Assembly: GCF_000006765.1 (NCBI RefSeq)
Contig: NC_002516.2
DNA from: Pseudomonas aeruginosa PAO1
GTDB lineage: Bacteria > Pseudomonadota > Gammaproteobacteria > Pseudomonadales > Pseudomonadaceae
Strand: one strand, 5' to 3'
DNA length: 64,000 bases
The stretch's first letter is position 1, and the number at the start of each line of letters is the position of its first letter. The translations under genes and the position numbers were made by a program. The notes beneath the pieces were generated by a model. That model did not search any database. It saw only the letters and a program-made list of their open reading frames with translations, and was not told the origin of the DNA. Shown piece by piece: positions 28,848 to 37,037 of the stretch.

Positions 28848-29936
28848 TCAACCGGCGTGCCGCAACAGCGGCAGGCGGGCGATATGGTCATGTATGGCGG
28901 GAATCAGGCCCTGGCCGTAGCGCACGGCGTCGCCGAGCGGATCGAAGCCTCGAATCAGGAAGGTCGAGACGCCCAGCCGGTAGTACTCGCCAAGCGCAGC
29001 GGCAACCTGCTCGGGGGTGCCTACCAGGGCGGTGGAGTTCCAGCGCGCCCCGGTCAGCCGGGCCACGCCGGTCCACAAACGGCTGTCGAGCACTTCGCCC
29101 TGCTCGGCAGCGGCCAGCAGGCGCTGCGAACCGACGTTCTGCGGCTGGTGGTCGCGCAGCGGCAGACCGAGGCGCGCACGGTTCTCGCGGACCTGTTCGA
29201 GCACCTCGGCGGCACGCTTCCAGGCGGCCTCCTCGGTATCCGCGACGATCGGCCGGAATGACACCGAGAAGCGCAGATCGCGTCCCTGGGCCTTGGCGGC
29301 GGCGCGCACTCGGCGGATATGCCCGTCGACCGCGGCCAGCGGCTCGCCCCAGAGCATGTAGGTGTCGGCGTGCCTGGCGGCGACCTCGATGGCTGCGTCG
29401 GAGGAGCCACTGAAATAGATCGGTATGTGCGGCGACTGGCGCGGGCGCACCGCTGGCGAGGCGCCCTGGAAGCGGTAGAACTCGCCGTCGAAATCCACCG
29501 GTCCCGTGGCGGTCCAGATAGCACGCAGGGCTTGCAGGTATTCGTCGGTACGGGCGTAGCGGCGGTCATGGTCGAGGTAGTCGCCATCGCGCGCGAGGTC
29601 CTCGTCGTTACCACCACTGACTACGTTCAGGGCCAGGCGGCCCTCGCTGAACTGATCCAGGGTAGCCAGTTGGCGTGCCGCCAGCGGCGCTGCAATCACC
29701 CCCGGGCGATAGGCCAGGAGAACGCCAAGGCGCCGGGTGGCAGCGGCGACGAAGGAACTGACCACCGCGCCCTCGGCGGCATTGCTGAAATACCCCACCA
29801 GCACCCGGTCGAAGCCGGCGTCCTCATGGGCCTGGGCGAAACGCCGGACGAAACCGGCGTCCACAGCCTCCCCCAACGGCTGGTCCACCTCGGAACTCGG
29901 TGTGGCGGTGATCATGCCGAGAATTTCCACGCTCAC
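28848..29936 (-). CDS. Luciferase-like FMNH2-dependent monooxygenase (PA2600-like)
   Basis: AHEDAGFDRVLVGY, LLAYRPGVIAAPLAARQLATLD, IPIYFSGSSDAA. Confidence 0.9.
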   Translation of the reverse strand: MSVEILGMITATPSSEVDQPLGEAVDAGFVRRFAQAHEDAGFDRVLVGYFSNAAEGAVVSSFVAAATRRLGVLLAYRPGVIAAPLAARQLATLDQFSEGRLALNVVSGGNDEDLARDGDYLDHDRRYARTDEYLQALRAIWTATGPVDFDGEFYRFQGASPAVRPRQSPHIPIYFSGSSDAAIEVAARHADTYMLWGEPLAAVDGHIRRVRAAAKAQGRDLRFSVSFRPIVADTEEAAWKRAAEVLEQVRENRARLGLPLRDHQPQNVGSQRLLAAAEQGEVLDSRLWTGVARLTGARWNSTALVGTPEQVAAALGEYYRLGVSTFLIRGFDPLGDAVRYGQGLIPAIHDHIARLPLLRHAG

Positions 29937-30070
29937 GCTGTTGCCCTCGCCTGGGCCGCTCGACTGATAAGGTTGGCGGCTGTCGTTATAAGAAAAACAT
30001 CTGCATGGGTGCTTTTCTTAGAAGCTACAGGCTGAAACTACATGATGGAAATTCATTTTTGTCATATCTT

Positions 30071-30091
30071 AATATGCTAAAAGCGCATATT
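30071..30091. promoter_or_regulatory. LysR-type dyad AATATGC-N7-GCATATT upstream of the monooxygenase operon
   Basis: Perfect 7-bp inverted repeat containing T-N11-A. Confidence 0.6.
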
Positions 30092-30254
30092 TAGCTTTTC
30101 CGTCTTTTCGTTTCCCAAGGCGGACACTATGCGTAGCCGCCCTCGCTCCCTCTTCCCTCTGAAGCGAAAAGGGGCTCGCAGGGGAATGTTGATCCCGACT
30201 GCAGCCCCTTCTCATTCACGCTCCCGTCTCCCGGGGATCTCCCGGCGCCGCTAC

Positions 30255-31151
30255 TCAACCGGCTTGCATATCCAACCCCTCGGCCACCGCCCTGCCGAAC
30301 AGCCGTGCCGGCGTCTCCAGATTGCCCAGCAGGCGCGGACGCACCAGCCAGAGCTGGATCAGCGGCTGGAAATCCTCCAGTTGCAGCACCTGCAACTGAT
30401 CGCGGTAGCGGCTACGCGCCAGGGCCGGCGCCGGCACCAGGCCGAGACCCCGGTCCGCGGCGACCAGGCCCAGTTGCAGCTCGCTGCCGAAAGTCTCGAG
30501 GTTCAGTTGCAGGCCCAGGCCCTGATCGGCCAGGGCCCGTTGCAGGCCGGCACGGAAGCCGCAGCCATCGGGGTTGAGCACCCAGCCATGGTGGTAGCAA
30601 TCGAGCAGGCGTCGCGCCTGGATGGCACTGTCGCGGGCGACCACCACGCAGAGTTCCATGCGCCCTAGGGGCGTGGCGCCGAGTTCTTCGGGGAACACCT
30701 TGCTTGGCGGAAACAACACCACTGCCGCGTCCAGTTCGGCATTCTCCAGGCGCGCCAGCAAATGGCTGCCCCAGCCAGTGCCGACCTGCGCGCGCAGCTC
30801 CGGGTACTCGTCGGCCAGCCGCCGAAGGGCATCCAGCAACACCACCTCGCCGATACTCTGCGGCACGCCCAGGCGCAGCACGCCACTTGGTGTGGCGTCA
30901 CCGGCCACCAGTTCACGCAGGCCATCCACCTCGCGCAGCACCCGCCGGCACTGTTCGTAGACCCGCAGTCCGCTGGCGGTGGGTTTGAGCGGCTTGGTAT
31001 TGCGGTCCAGCAATGCCACTCCGAGGGACTCCTCCAGGCTCTGTACCCGCCGGGTGATCGCAGACTGGGTCAGGCCCAGGCTCTCGGCGGCCTGGCTCAG
31101 GGAAGCGTTGCGGATCACCGCGACGAAGGCGTCGATGTCATCGATTTTCAT
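30255..31151 (-). CDS. LysR-family regulator (PA2601-like)
   Basis: N-terminal HTH SLSQAAESLGLTQSAITRRVQSLEESLG. Confidence 0.95.
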   Translation of the reverse strand: MKIDDIDAFVAVIRNASLSQAAESLGLTQSAITRRVQSLEESLGVALLDRNTKPLKPTASGLRVYEQCRRVLREVDGLRELVAGDATPSGVLRLGVPQSIGEVVLLDALRRLADEYPELRAQVGTGWGSHLLARLENAELDAAVVLFPPSKVFPEELGATPLGRMELCVVVARDSAIQARRLLDCYHHGWVLNPDGCGFRAGLQRALADQGLGLQLNLETFGSELQLGLVAADRGLGLVPAPALARSRYRDQLQVLQLEDFQPLIQLWLVRPRLLGNLETPARLFGRAVAEGLDMQAG

Positions 31152-31163
31152 GGGGCCGGCACC

Positions 31164-31188
31164 AATTGCATTTCTCGCATATTAGCTT
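31164..31188. promoter_or_regulatory. LysR-type site TGC-N7-GCATATTAGCTT between the LysR and dioxygenase genes
   Basis: T-N11-A dyad in the divergent promoter region; resembles the site at 30071. Confidence 0.55.
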
Positions 31189-31263
31189 AGATGCAAAATG
31201 CATTTCAGGAATAAAAAAGCGTTTGCTACCGTACCGCCAGAACTTCCCGGAGTGAATCCCCGC

Positions 31264-31869
31264 ATGTCATCCATCCTGCGCCTCGACCGCCTGCGCCAGT
31301 TCATCGGCGAGCTGGCGACACTGCTCGACAGCCGTCCCGACGAATCCACCCTGCTCGCCCAAGCCCACCCCCTGCTGGCCGAGCTGGTGCACCAGGACGA
31401 CTGGCTGCCGGAAGACTGCGCCCGCCCCGATCCACAGCGCTACCAACAGTACCTGCTGCATGTCGACTCACGGCAGCGCTTCTCGGTGGTCAGCTTCGTC
31501 TGGGGGCCGGGCCAGATCACACCGGTACACGATCATCGGGTCTGGGGCCTGATCGGCATGCTCCGCGGGGCCGAATACTCGCAGCCGTACGCCTTCGATG
31601 CGGGGGGGCGTCCGCATCCCAGCGGAGCCCGTCGACGCCTGGAGCCCGGCGAGGTCGAAGCGCTGTCGCCACGCATTGGCGACGTGCACCAGGTGAGCAA
31701 CGCCTTCAGCGACCGCACATCCATCAGTATCCACGTCTACGGCGCCAATATCGGTGCGGTACGGCGTGCCGTGTTCAGCGCCGAAGGTGAGGAAAAACCC
31801 TTCATTTCCGGCTATTCCAACAGCCGCTTGCCCAATATCTGGGACCTGTCGAAAGAGAACCCCGCATGA
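31264..31869 (+). CDS. 3-mercaptopropionate dioxygenase (Gln-type cysteine dioxygenase homolog; PA2602-like)
   Basis: Cupin 3-His TPVHDHRVWG...GDVHQV, Ser-His-Tyr SISIHVY, RYQQYLL. Confidence 0.9.
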   Translation: MSSILRLDRLRQFIGELATLLDSRPDESTLLAQAHPLLAELVHQDDWLPEDCARPDPQRYQQYLLHVDSRQRFSVVSFVWGPGQITPVHDHRVWGLIGMLRGAEYSQPYAFDAGGRPHPSGARRRLEPGEVEALSPRIGDVHQVSNAFSDRTSISIHVYGANIGAVRRAVFSAEGEEKPFISGYSNSRLPNIWDLSKENPA

Positions 31870-33449
31870 GCCAGATCGCCGTACGCACCTTCCACGATAT
31901 CCGCGCCGCTCTCCTCGCCCGCCGGGAGCTGGCGCTGCTCGACGTGCGCGAGGAGGACCCGTTCGCCCAGGCCCATCCCCTGTTCGCCGCCAACCTGCCG
32001 CTGTCCAGGCTGGAACTGGAGATCCATGCCCGGGTGCCGCGCCGCGACACGCCGATTACCGTCTACGACGACGGCGAAGGCCTGGCGCCGGTCGCCGCGC
32101 AACGCCTCCTCGACCTCGGCTACAGCGACGTGGCCTTGCTCGATGGCGGCCTGTCCGGTTGGCGCAACGCCGGCGGCGAGCTGTTCAGGGATGTGAACGT
32201 GCCGAGCAAGGCCTTCGGCGAACTGGTGGAGGCCGAGCGCCACACGCCATCGCTGGCCGCGGAGGAAGTACAGGCTTTGCTCGACGCCAGGGCCGAGGCG
32301 GTGATCCTGGATGCCCGTCGTTTCGACGAATACCAGACCATGAGTATCCCCGGCGGCATCAGCGTGCCCGGCGCCGAACTGGTGCTGCGCGTCGCCGAAC
32401 TGGCGCCGGACCCGCGCACCCGGGTGATAGTCAACTGTGCCGGGCGCACTCGTAGCATCATCGGTACCCAGTCGCTGCTCAACGCCGGCATCCCCAACCC
32501 GGTGGCGGCATTACGCAACGGCACCATCGGCTGGACGCTGGCCGGTCAGCAACTGGAACACGGCCAGACGCGACGCTTCGGTGCGATCTCCCAGGACACT
32601 CGCAAGGCCGCCGCCCAGCGCGCCCGTGCCGTCGCCGACCGCGCCGGCGTCGAACGCCTCGACCTGGCCGGTCTGGCCCAATGGCAGGACGAGCACGACC
32701 GCACCACCTACCTGCTCGACGTACGCACGCCCGAGGAATACGAAGCCGGTCACCTGCCTGGCTCCCGCTCCACGCCCGGAGGCCAGCTGGTTCAGGAAAC
32801 CGACCATGTCGCCAGCGTGCGCGGCGCGCGCCTGGTACTGGTGGACGACGATGGCGTACGCGCCAACATGAGCGCCTCCTGGCTGGCCCAGATGGGCTGG
32901 CAGGTCGCGGTACTGGACGGACTCTCCGAGGCCGACTTCAGCGAGAGGGGCGCCTGGAGCGCGCCGCTGCCGAGGCAACCCCGGGCCGACACCATCGACC
33001 CGACCACCCTCGCCGACTGGCTGGGCGAACCGGGCACCCGGGTGCTCGACTTCACCGCCAGCGCCAACTATGCGAAACGCCACATCCCCGGCGCCGCCTG
33101 GGTATTGCGCAGCCAGTTGAAGCAGGCACTGGAACGGCTGGGCACGGCCGAGCGCTACGTACTCACCTGCGGCAGCAGCCTGCTGGCGCGCTTCGCCGTG
33201 GCGGAAGTCCAGGCACTCAGCGGCAAGCCGGTGTTCCTTCTCGACGGCGGCACCAGCGCCTGGGTCGCCGCGGGCCTGCCGACGGAAGACGGCGAAAGCC
33301 TGTTGGCGTCGCCGCGCATCGACCGCTACCGCCGCCCCTACGAAGGTACCGACAATCCGCGCGAAGCGATGCAGGGCTACCTGGACTGGGAGTTCGGCCT
33401 GGTGGAGCAACTCGGTCGCGACGGAACCCACGGCTTCTTCGTGATCTGA
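31866..33449 (+). CDS. Four-domain rhodanese/thiosulfate sulfurtransferase (PA2603-like)
   Basis: Four repeats starting LLDVRE/ILDARR/LLDVRT/VLDFT; loops VYDDGEG, VNCAGRTRS, LVDDDGVRA, LTCGSSLLA; ATGA overlap with the dioxygenase. Confidence 0.9.
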   Translation: MSQIAVRTFHDIRAALLARRELALLDVREEDPFAQAHPLFAANLPLSRLELEIHARVPRRDTPITVYDDGEGLAPVAAQRLLDLGYSDVALLDGGLSGWRNAGGELFRDVNVPSKAFGELVEAERHTPSLAAEEVQALLDARAEAVILDARRFDEYQTMSIPGGISVPGAELVLRVAELAPDPRTRVIVNCAGRTRSIIGTQSLLNAGIPNPVAALRNGTIGWTLAGQQLEHGQTRRFGAISQDTRKAAAQRARAVADRAGVERLDLAGLAQWQDEHDRTTYLLDVRTPEEYEAGHLPGSRSTPGGQLVQETDHVASVRGARLVLVDDDGVRANMSASWLAQMGWQVAVLDGLSEADFSERGAWSAPLPRQPRADTIDPTTLADWLGEPGTRVLDFTASANYAKRHIPGAAWVLRSQLKQALERLGTAERYVLTCGSSLLARFAVAEVQALSGKPVFLLDGGTSAWVAAGLPTEDGESLLASPRIDRYRRPYEGTDNPREAMQGYLDWEFGLVEQLGRDGTHGFFVI

Positions 33450-33545
33450 AGCCATTACCCGACGAAATCGGAGAGTCATCGAATCGACGCCGGGCAGGCT
33501 GCGGAAACGACCCGGAAGTGCGGAAGAGCGGCGCCCCGAAAATGC

Positions 33546-33570
33546 AAAAGCCCCGCTCAGCGGGGCTTTT
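33546..33570. terminator. Bidirectional Rho-independent terminator
   Basis: AAAAGCCCCGCTCAGCGGGGCTTTT between convergent rhodanese and tRNA-Ser. Confidence 0.9.
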
Positions 33571-33583
33571 CAGTACGCGGATA

Positions 33584-33673
33584 TGGCGGAGGCGGTGAGA
33601 TTCGAACTCACGGAAGAGTCTCCCCTTCGACGGTTTTCAAGACCGTTGCCTTAAACCACTCGGCCACACCTCC
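33584..33673 (-). tRNA. tRNA-Ser(TGA)
   Basis: GGAGGTGTGGCCGAGTGGTTTAAGGCAACGGTCTTGAAAACCGT...GTTCGAATCTCACCGCCTCCGCCA, 90 nt with long variable arm. Confidence 0.98.
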
Positions 33674-33688
33674 GCATCGCGGGGCGCC

Positions 33689-33716
33689 ATAGTACCGGAT
33701 AGCAACACACTGTCAA
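33689..33716 (-). promoter_or_regulatory. Sigma70 promoter for tRNA-Ser
   Basis: TTGACA-N16-TACTAT-GGCGCCCC. Confidence 0.8.
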
Positions 33717-33802
33717 ACTCTATCGATTGGCCCTGGCAGAGGCTTTGCTATCATGCCCATCAGTACGTCATGGACCCGTTCCCGTTAAGGAGTACCCACA
33801 CC

Positions 33803-34471
33803 ATGCAAGAACAGCAATATCAGCTGAACTCCGCCGTCGCGGAACAGCGTGAAGTCAGCGGCGTTCTGCGCAATACCTACGGCCTGCTGGCACTCACCCT
33901 GGCCTTCAGCGGCCTGGTGGCCTACGTTTCGCAGCAGATGCGCCTGCCCTATCCGAACGTGTTCGTGGTGCTGATCGGCTTCTACGGCCTGTTCTTCCTC
34001 ACCGTGAAGCTGCGCAACAGCGCCTGGGGTCTGGTCAGCACTTTCGCCCTGACCGGCTTCATGGGCTACACGCTCGGCCCGATCCTCAACATGTACCTCG
34101 GCCTGCCCAACGGCGGCAGCGTCATCACTTCGGCGTTCGCCATGACCGCCCTGGTGTTCTTCGGCCTGTCCGCCTATGTGCTGACCACCCGCAAGGACAT
34201 GAGCTTCCTGTCCGGCTTCATCACCGCCGGCTTCTTCGTCCTGCTGGGCGCCGTGCTGGTATCGCTGTTCTTCCAGATCAGTGGCCTGCAACTGGCGATC
34301 AGCGCCGGCTTCGTCCTGTTCTCCTCGGCGATGATCCTCTACCAGACCAGCGCGATCATCCACGGCGGCGAACGCAACTACATCATGGCCACCATCAGCC
34401 TGTACGTGTCGATCTACAACCTGTTCATCAGCCTGTTGCAGATCTTCGGCATCGCCGGCGGCGACGACTGA
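33803..34471 (+). CDS. yccA: Bax inhibitor-1/YccA family membrane protein
   Basis: [35 protein letters not shown]; next to tRNA-Ser as in enterics. Confidence 0.92.
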   Translation: MQEQQYQLNSAVAEQREVSGVLRNTYGLLALTLAFSGLVAYVSQQMRLPYPNVFVVLIGFYGLFFLTVKLRNSAWGLVSTFALTGFMGYTLGPILNMYLGLPNGGSVITSAFAMTALVFFGLSAYVLTTRKDMSFLSGFITAGFFVLLGAVLVSLFFQISGLQLAISAGFVLFSSAMILYQTSAIIHGGERNYIMATISLYVSIYNLFISLLQIFGIAGGDD

Positions 34472-34487
34472 TAGAAAACGCCTCCGG

Positions 34488-34515
34488 AAAAGCCCGTCCC
34501 CGCGACGGGCTTTTT
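34488..34515 (+). terminator. Rho-independent terminator of yccA
   Basis: AAAAGCCCGTC-CCCGC-GACGGGCTTTTT. Confidence 0.85.
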
Positions 34516-34581
34516 CATTTGCGGACCGGCAAAACACAGGCATTGGTTTATCATTCGAAGAAATCCTTCGCGTATCGCAGC

Positions 34582-34977
34582 ATGAAATTCGCCATCGCCC
34601 TATTCGACCCTCCCCACTCCCCCGCCGCCCGCCGCGCGCTGCGCTTCAGCGAAGCCGCGCTGGCCGGCGGGCACGAAATCGTCCGCCTGTTCTTCTACCA
34701 GGACGGCGTGCACAGCGCCTCGGCCAACGTCGTGAGCGGCCAGGACGAGTTCGACCTGCCCGCCGCCTGGCGCGAGTTGGTCGAGCGCAACGGCCTGGAC
34801 GCCGTGGTCTGCATCGCCGCCGCCCTGCGCCGCGGCGTGCTGAACGCCGAGGAAGCCGAACGCTACGGCCGTCCCGGCGCCAACCTTGGCGCACCATGGG
34901 AACTGTCCGGACTCGGCCAGTTGCACGAGGCGGCGCAAAGCGCGGACCGCCTGGTCTGCTTCGGAGGCGACCGATGA
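34582..34977 (+). CDS. tusD: Sulfurtransferase complex subunit TusD (DsrE)
   Basis: LFFYQDGV, VCIAAALRRG (active Cys), SGLGQL. Confidence 0.93.
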   Translation: MKFAIALFDPPHSPAARRALRFSEAALAGGHEIVRLFFYQDGVHSASANVVSGQDEFDLPAAWRELVERNGLDAVVCIAAALRRGVLNAEEAERYGRPGANLGAPWELSGLGQLHEAAQSADRLVCFGGDR

Positions 34978-35333
34978 GCCAGTCGCTGCTGATCATCAGC
35001 CGCCAGTCGCCCTGGTCCGGCCCGAGCGCCCGCGAGGCGCTGGACATAGCCCTGGCCGGCGGCGCCTTCGATCTACCGGTCGGCATGCTGTTCCTCGACG
35101 ACGGCGCGTTCCAGCTGGCTCCCGGCCAGCATCCTGCGCACCTGCAGCAGAAGGACCTGCAGGCCAACCTGCAGGCCCTGCCGATGTTCGGCGTGGACGA
35201 CCTCTACGTCTCGGCCCGTAGCCTGCGCGAGCGTGGCCTGGCTGAAGAGCGCCTGGCCCTCGCGGTCGAGGTGCTCGACGACCAGGCCCTGCGCGACCTG
35301 CTGCAACGCTACGACCAGGTGATTACCCTCTGA
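34974..35333 (+). CDS. tusC: Sulfurtransferase complex subunit TusC (DsrF)
   Basis: AREALDIALA, LFLDDGAFQL, SLRERGL. Confidence 0.92.
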   Translation: MSQSLLIISRQSPWSGPSAREALDIALAGGAFDLPVGMLFLDDGAFQLAPGQHPAHLQQKDLQANLQALPMFGVDDLYVSARSLRERGLAEERLALAVEVLDDQALRDLLQRYDQVITL

Positions 35334-35638
35334 TGGCCACGACCCTCCACGTACTGTCCCGCTCGCCGTTCAATGACGGCCGCCTGGGCAGTTGCCTGTA
35401 CCTGCTCAACCCCGGCGACGGCCTGCTGCTCTGCGGCGACGCCGTGCACGCCCTGCTGGCCGGCAGCCACGCCTGCCAGGCCCTGGAACTGATGCCGGCG
35501 GAAATCGAACTGTTCGCCCTGCTGGAAGACCTCCAGGCGCGCGGTATCGAGGACGTCCCCGCTCGCCTGGTGGCGGTGGACTACCCCGGCTTCGTCGAAC
35601 TCGCCACCCGCTTCGACAAGGTCAACAGTTGGCTATGA
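35333..35638 (+). CDS. tusB: Sulfurtransferase complex subunit TusB (DsrH)
   Basis: TLHVLSRSPF, DGLLLCGDAV, EDLQARGI, VDYPGFVEL. Confidence 0.92.
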   Translation: MATTLHVLSRSPFNDGRLGSCLYLLNPGDGLLLCGDAVHALLAGSHACQALELMPAEIELFALLEDLQARGIEDVPARLVAVDYPGFVELATRFDKVNSWL

Positions 35639-35970
35639 CGCTCCTTATGCTGGAAGGCCGGGAAATCCGGCTGGACAAGGACGGCTACCTCGCCGCCCTC
35701 GACGATTGGTCGGAGCCGGTGGCGGAAGCCCTGGCCGCCCGCGAGGAGCTGGCCCTGACCGCCGAGCACTGGGAGATTCTCCAACTGCTCCGCGAGTTCT
35801 ATGCGGAGTTCCAGCTGTCTCCGGCCAACCGCCCGCTGATCAAGTACGTCGCCCAGCGACTGGGTCCGGACAAGGGCAACAGCCTGCACCTCAACCACCT
35901 GTTCAAGGGCGCCCCGGCCAAGCTTGGCGCGAAGCTGGCCGGCCTGCCGAAACCGAGCAACTGTCTATGA
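35635..35970 (+). CDS. tusE: Sulfur relay protein TusE (DsrC)
   Basis: LDKDGYL, LTAEHWEI, C-terminal AKLAGLPKPSNCL. Confidence 0.94.
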   Translation: MTLLMLEGREIRLDKDGYLAALDDWSEPVAEALAAREELALTAEHWEILQLLREFYAEFQLSPANRPLIKYVAQRLGPDKGNSLHLNHLFKGAPAKLGAKLAGLPKPSNCL

Positions 35971-36950
35971 CTCTCTCGACTCCCGCCGAACATCCGTTCG
36001 CCCAGTTCGTCCGCATCCTCGGCAAAGGCAAGCGCGGAGCGCGCAGCCTGACCCGGGAGGAAGCCCGCGAGGCCCTCGGCATGATCCTCGACGGCAGGGT
36101 CGAGGACACCCAGCTGGGCGCCTTCCTCATGCTCCTGCGGCACAAGGAGGAAAGCAGCGAGGAACTGGCCGGTTTCACAGAGGCGGTGCGCGAGCGCCTG
36201 CAAGTCCCGTCCTTGCGCGTCGACCTCGACTGGCCCAGTTACGCCGGCAAGAAGCGCCACCTGCCCTGGTACCTGCTAGCCGCCAAGTGCCTGGCCGGCC
36301 ATGGCGTGCGCATCCTCATGCACGGCGGCGGCGCGCATACCGCCGGACGCCTGTACAGCGAACAGTTGCTGGCGGCGCTGGAGATCCCGCTCTGCCACGA
36401 CTGGCTGCAGGTAGAACAGGCCCTGGAGCGCGGCCACCTGGCGTTCATTCCGCTCGGTGCCTGGATGCCGGTGCTGCAACGCATGATCGATCTGCGCAAT
36501 ACCCTCGGCCTGCGCTCGCCGATCCATTCGCTGGTTCGCCTGCTCAACCCCCTGAATGCGGATTGCATCCTGCAGAGCATCTTCCACCCCGGTTACCAGG
36601 AAACCCACCGCGAGGCCAGCCGCCTGCTCGGCGACCGGGCCATCGTCATCAAGGGCGAAGGCGGCGAGATCGAAGTCAACCCGGACGTCGTCGCCCACCT
36701 GTATGGTTGCGACCAGGGCGAAGCCTGGGACGAGGAATGGCCGGCATTGTCGACGCACCGGCACATGAAGCCGGAACAGCTCGACCCGGGTTTCCTTCGG
36801 GCCGTCTGGGACGGCCGCGAAGGCGACGCCTATGGCCACCTGGCGGTGCTCTCCAGCATGGCCCTGGCGCTACGGGCCCTTGGCAAGAATCGCGAAGAAG
36901 CCTTCAAGGAAGCCGCGCACTACTGGGCGACCCGAAACGAATCGATCTGA
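35967..36950 (+). CDS. YbiB/TrpD-like glycosyl-transferase family 3 protein (PA2609-like)
   Basis: ILGKGKRGARSLTREEAREA, QLGAFLMLLRHKEES, LDWPSYAGKKR, IFHPGY, VIKGEGGEIE. Confidence 0.85.
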   Translation: MTLSTPAEHPFAQFVRILGKGKRGARSLTREEAREALGMILDGRVEDTQLGAFLMLLRHKEESSEELAGFTEAVRERLQVPSLRVDLDWPSYAGKKRHLPWYLLAAKCLAGHGVRILMHGGGAHTAGRLYSEQLLAALEIPLCHDWLQVEQALERGHLAFIPLGAWMPVLQRMIDLRNTLGLRSPIHSLVRLLNPLNADCILQSIFHPGYQETHREASRLLGDRAIVIKGEGGEIEVNPDVVAHLYGCDQGEAWDEEWPALSTHRHMKPEQLDPGFLRAVWDGREGDAYGHLAVLSSMALALRALGKNREEAFKEAAHYWATRNESI

Positions 36951-37037
36951 TCGATACGAATAGCCCTTTATTTATATAAATTTATCGATCGCCCGACACT
37001 AGACTGTTCCTCCAACGACGTATGGAGGAACCCGCTC

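Noticed and set aside
36966-36992. AT-rich palindromes TTTATATAAA/ATAAATTTAT upstream of the GST-like gene
   Set aside because: Short AT palindromes occur easily in promoter DNA; no assignable regulator
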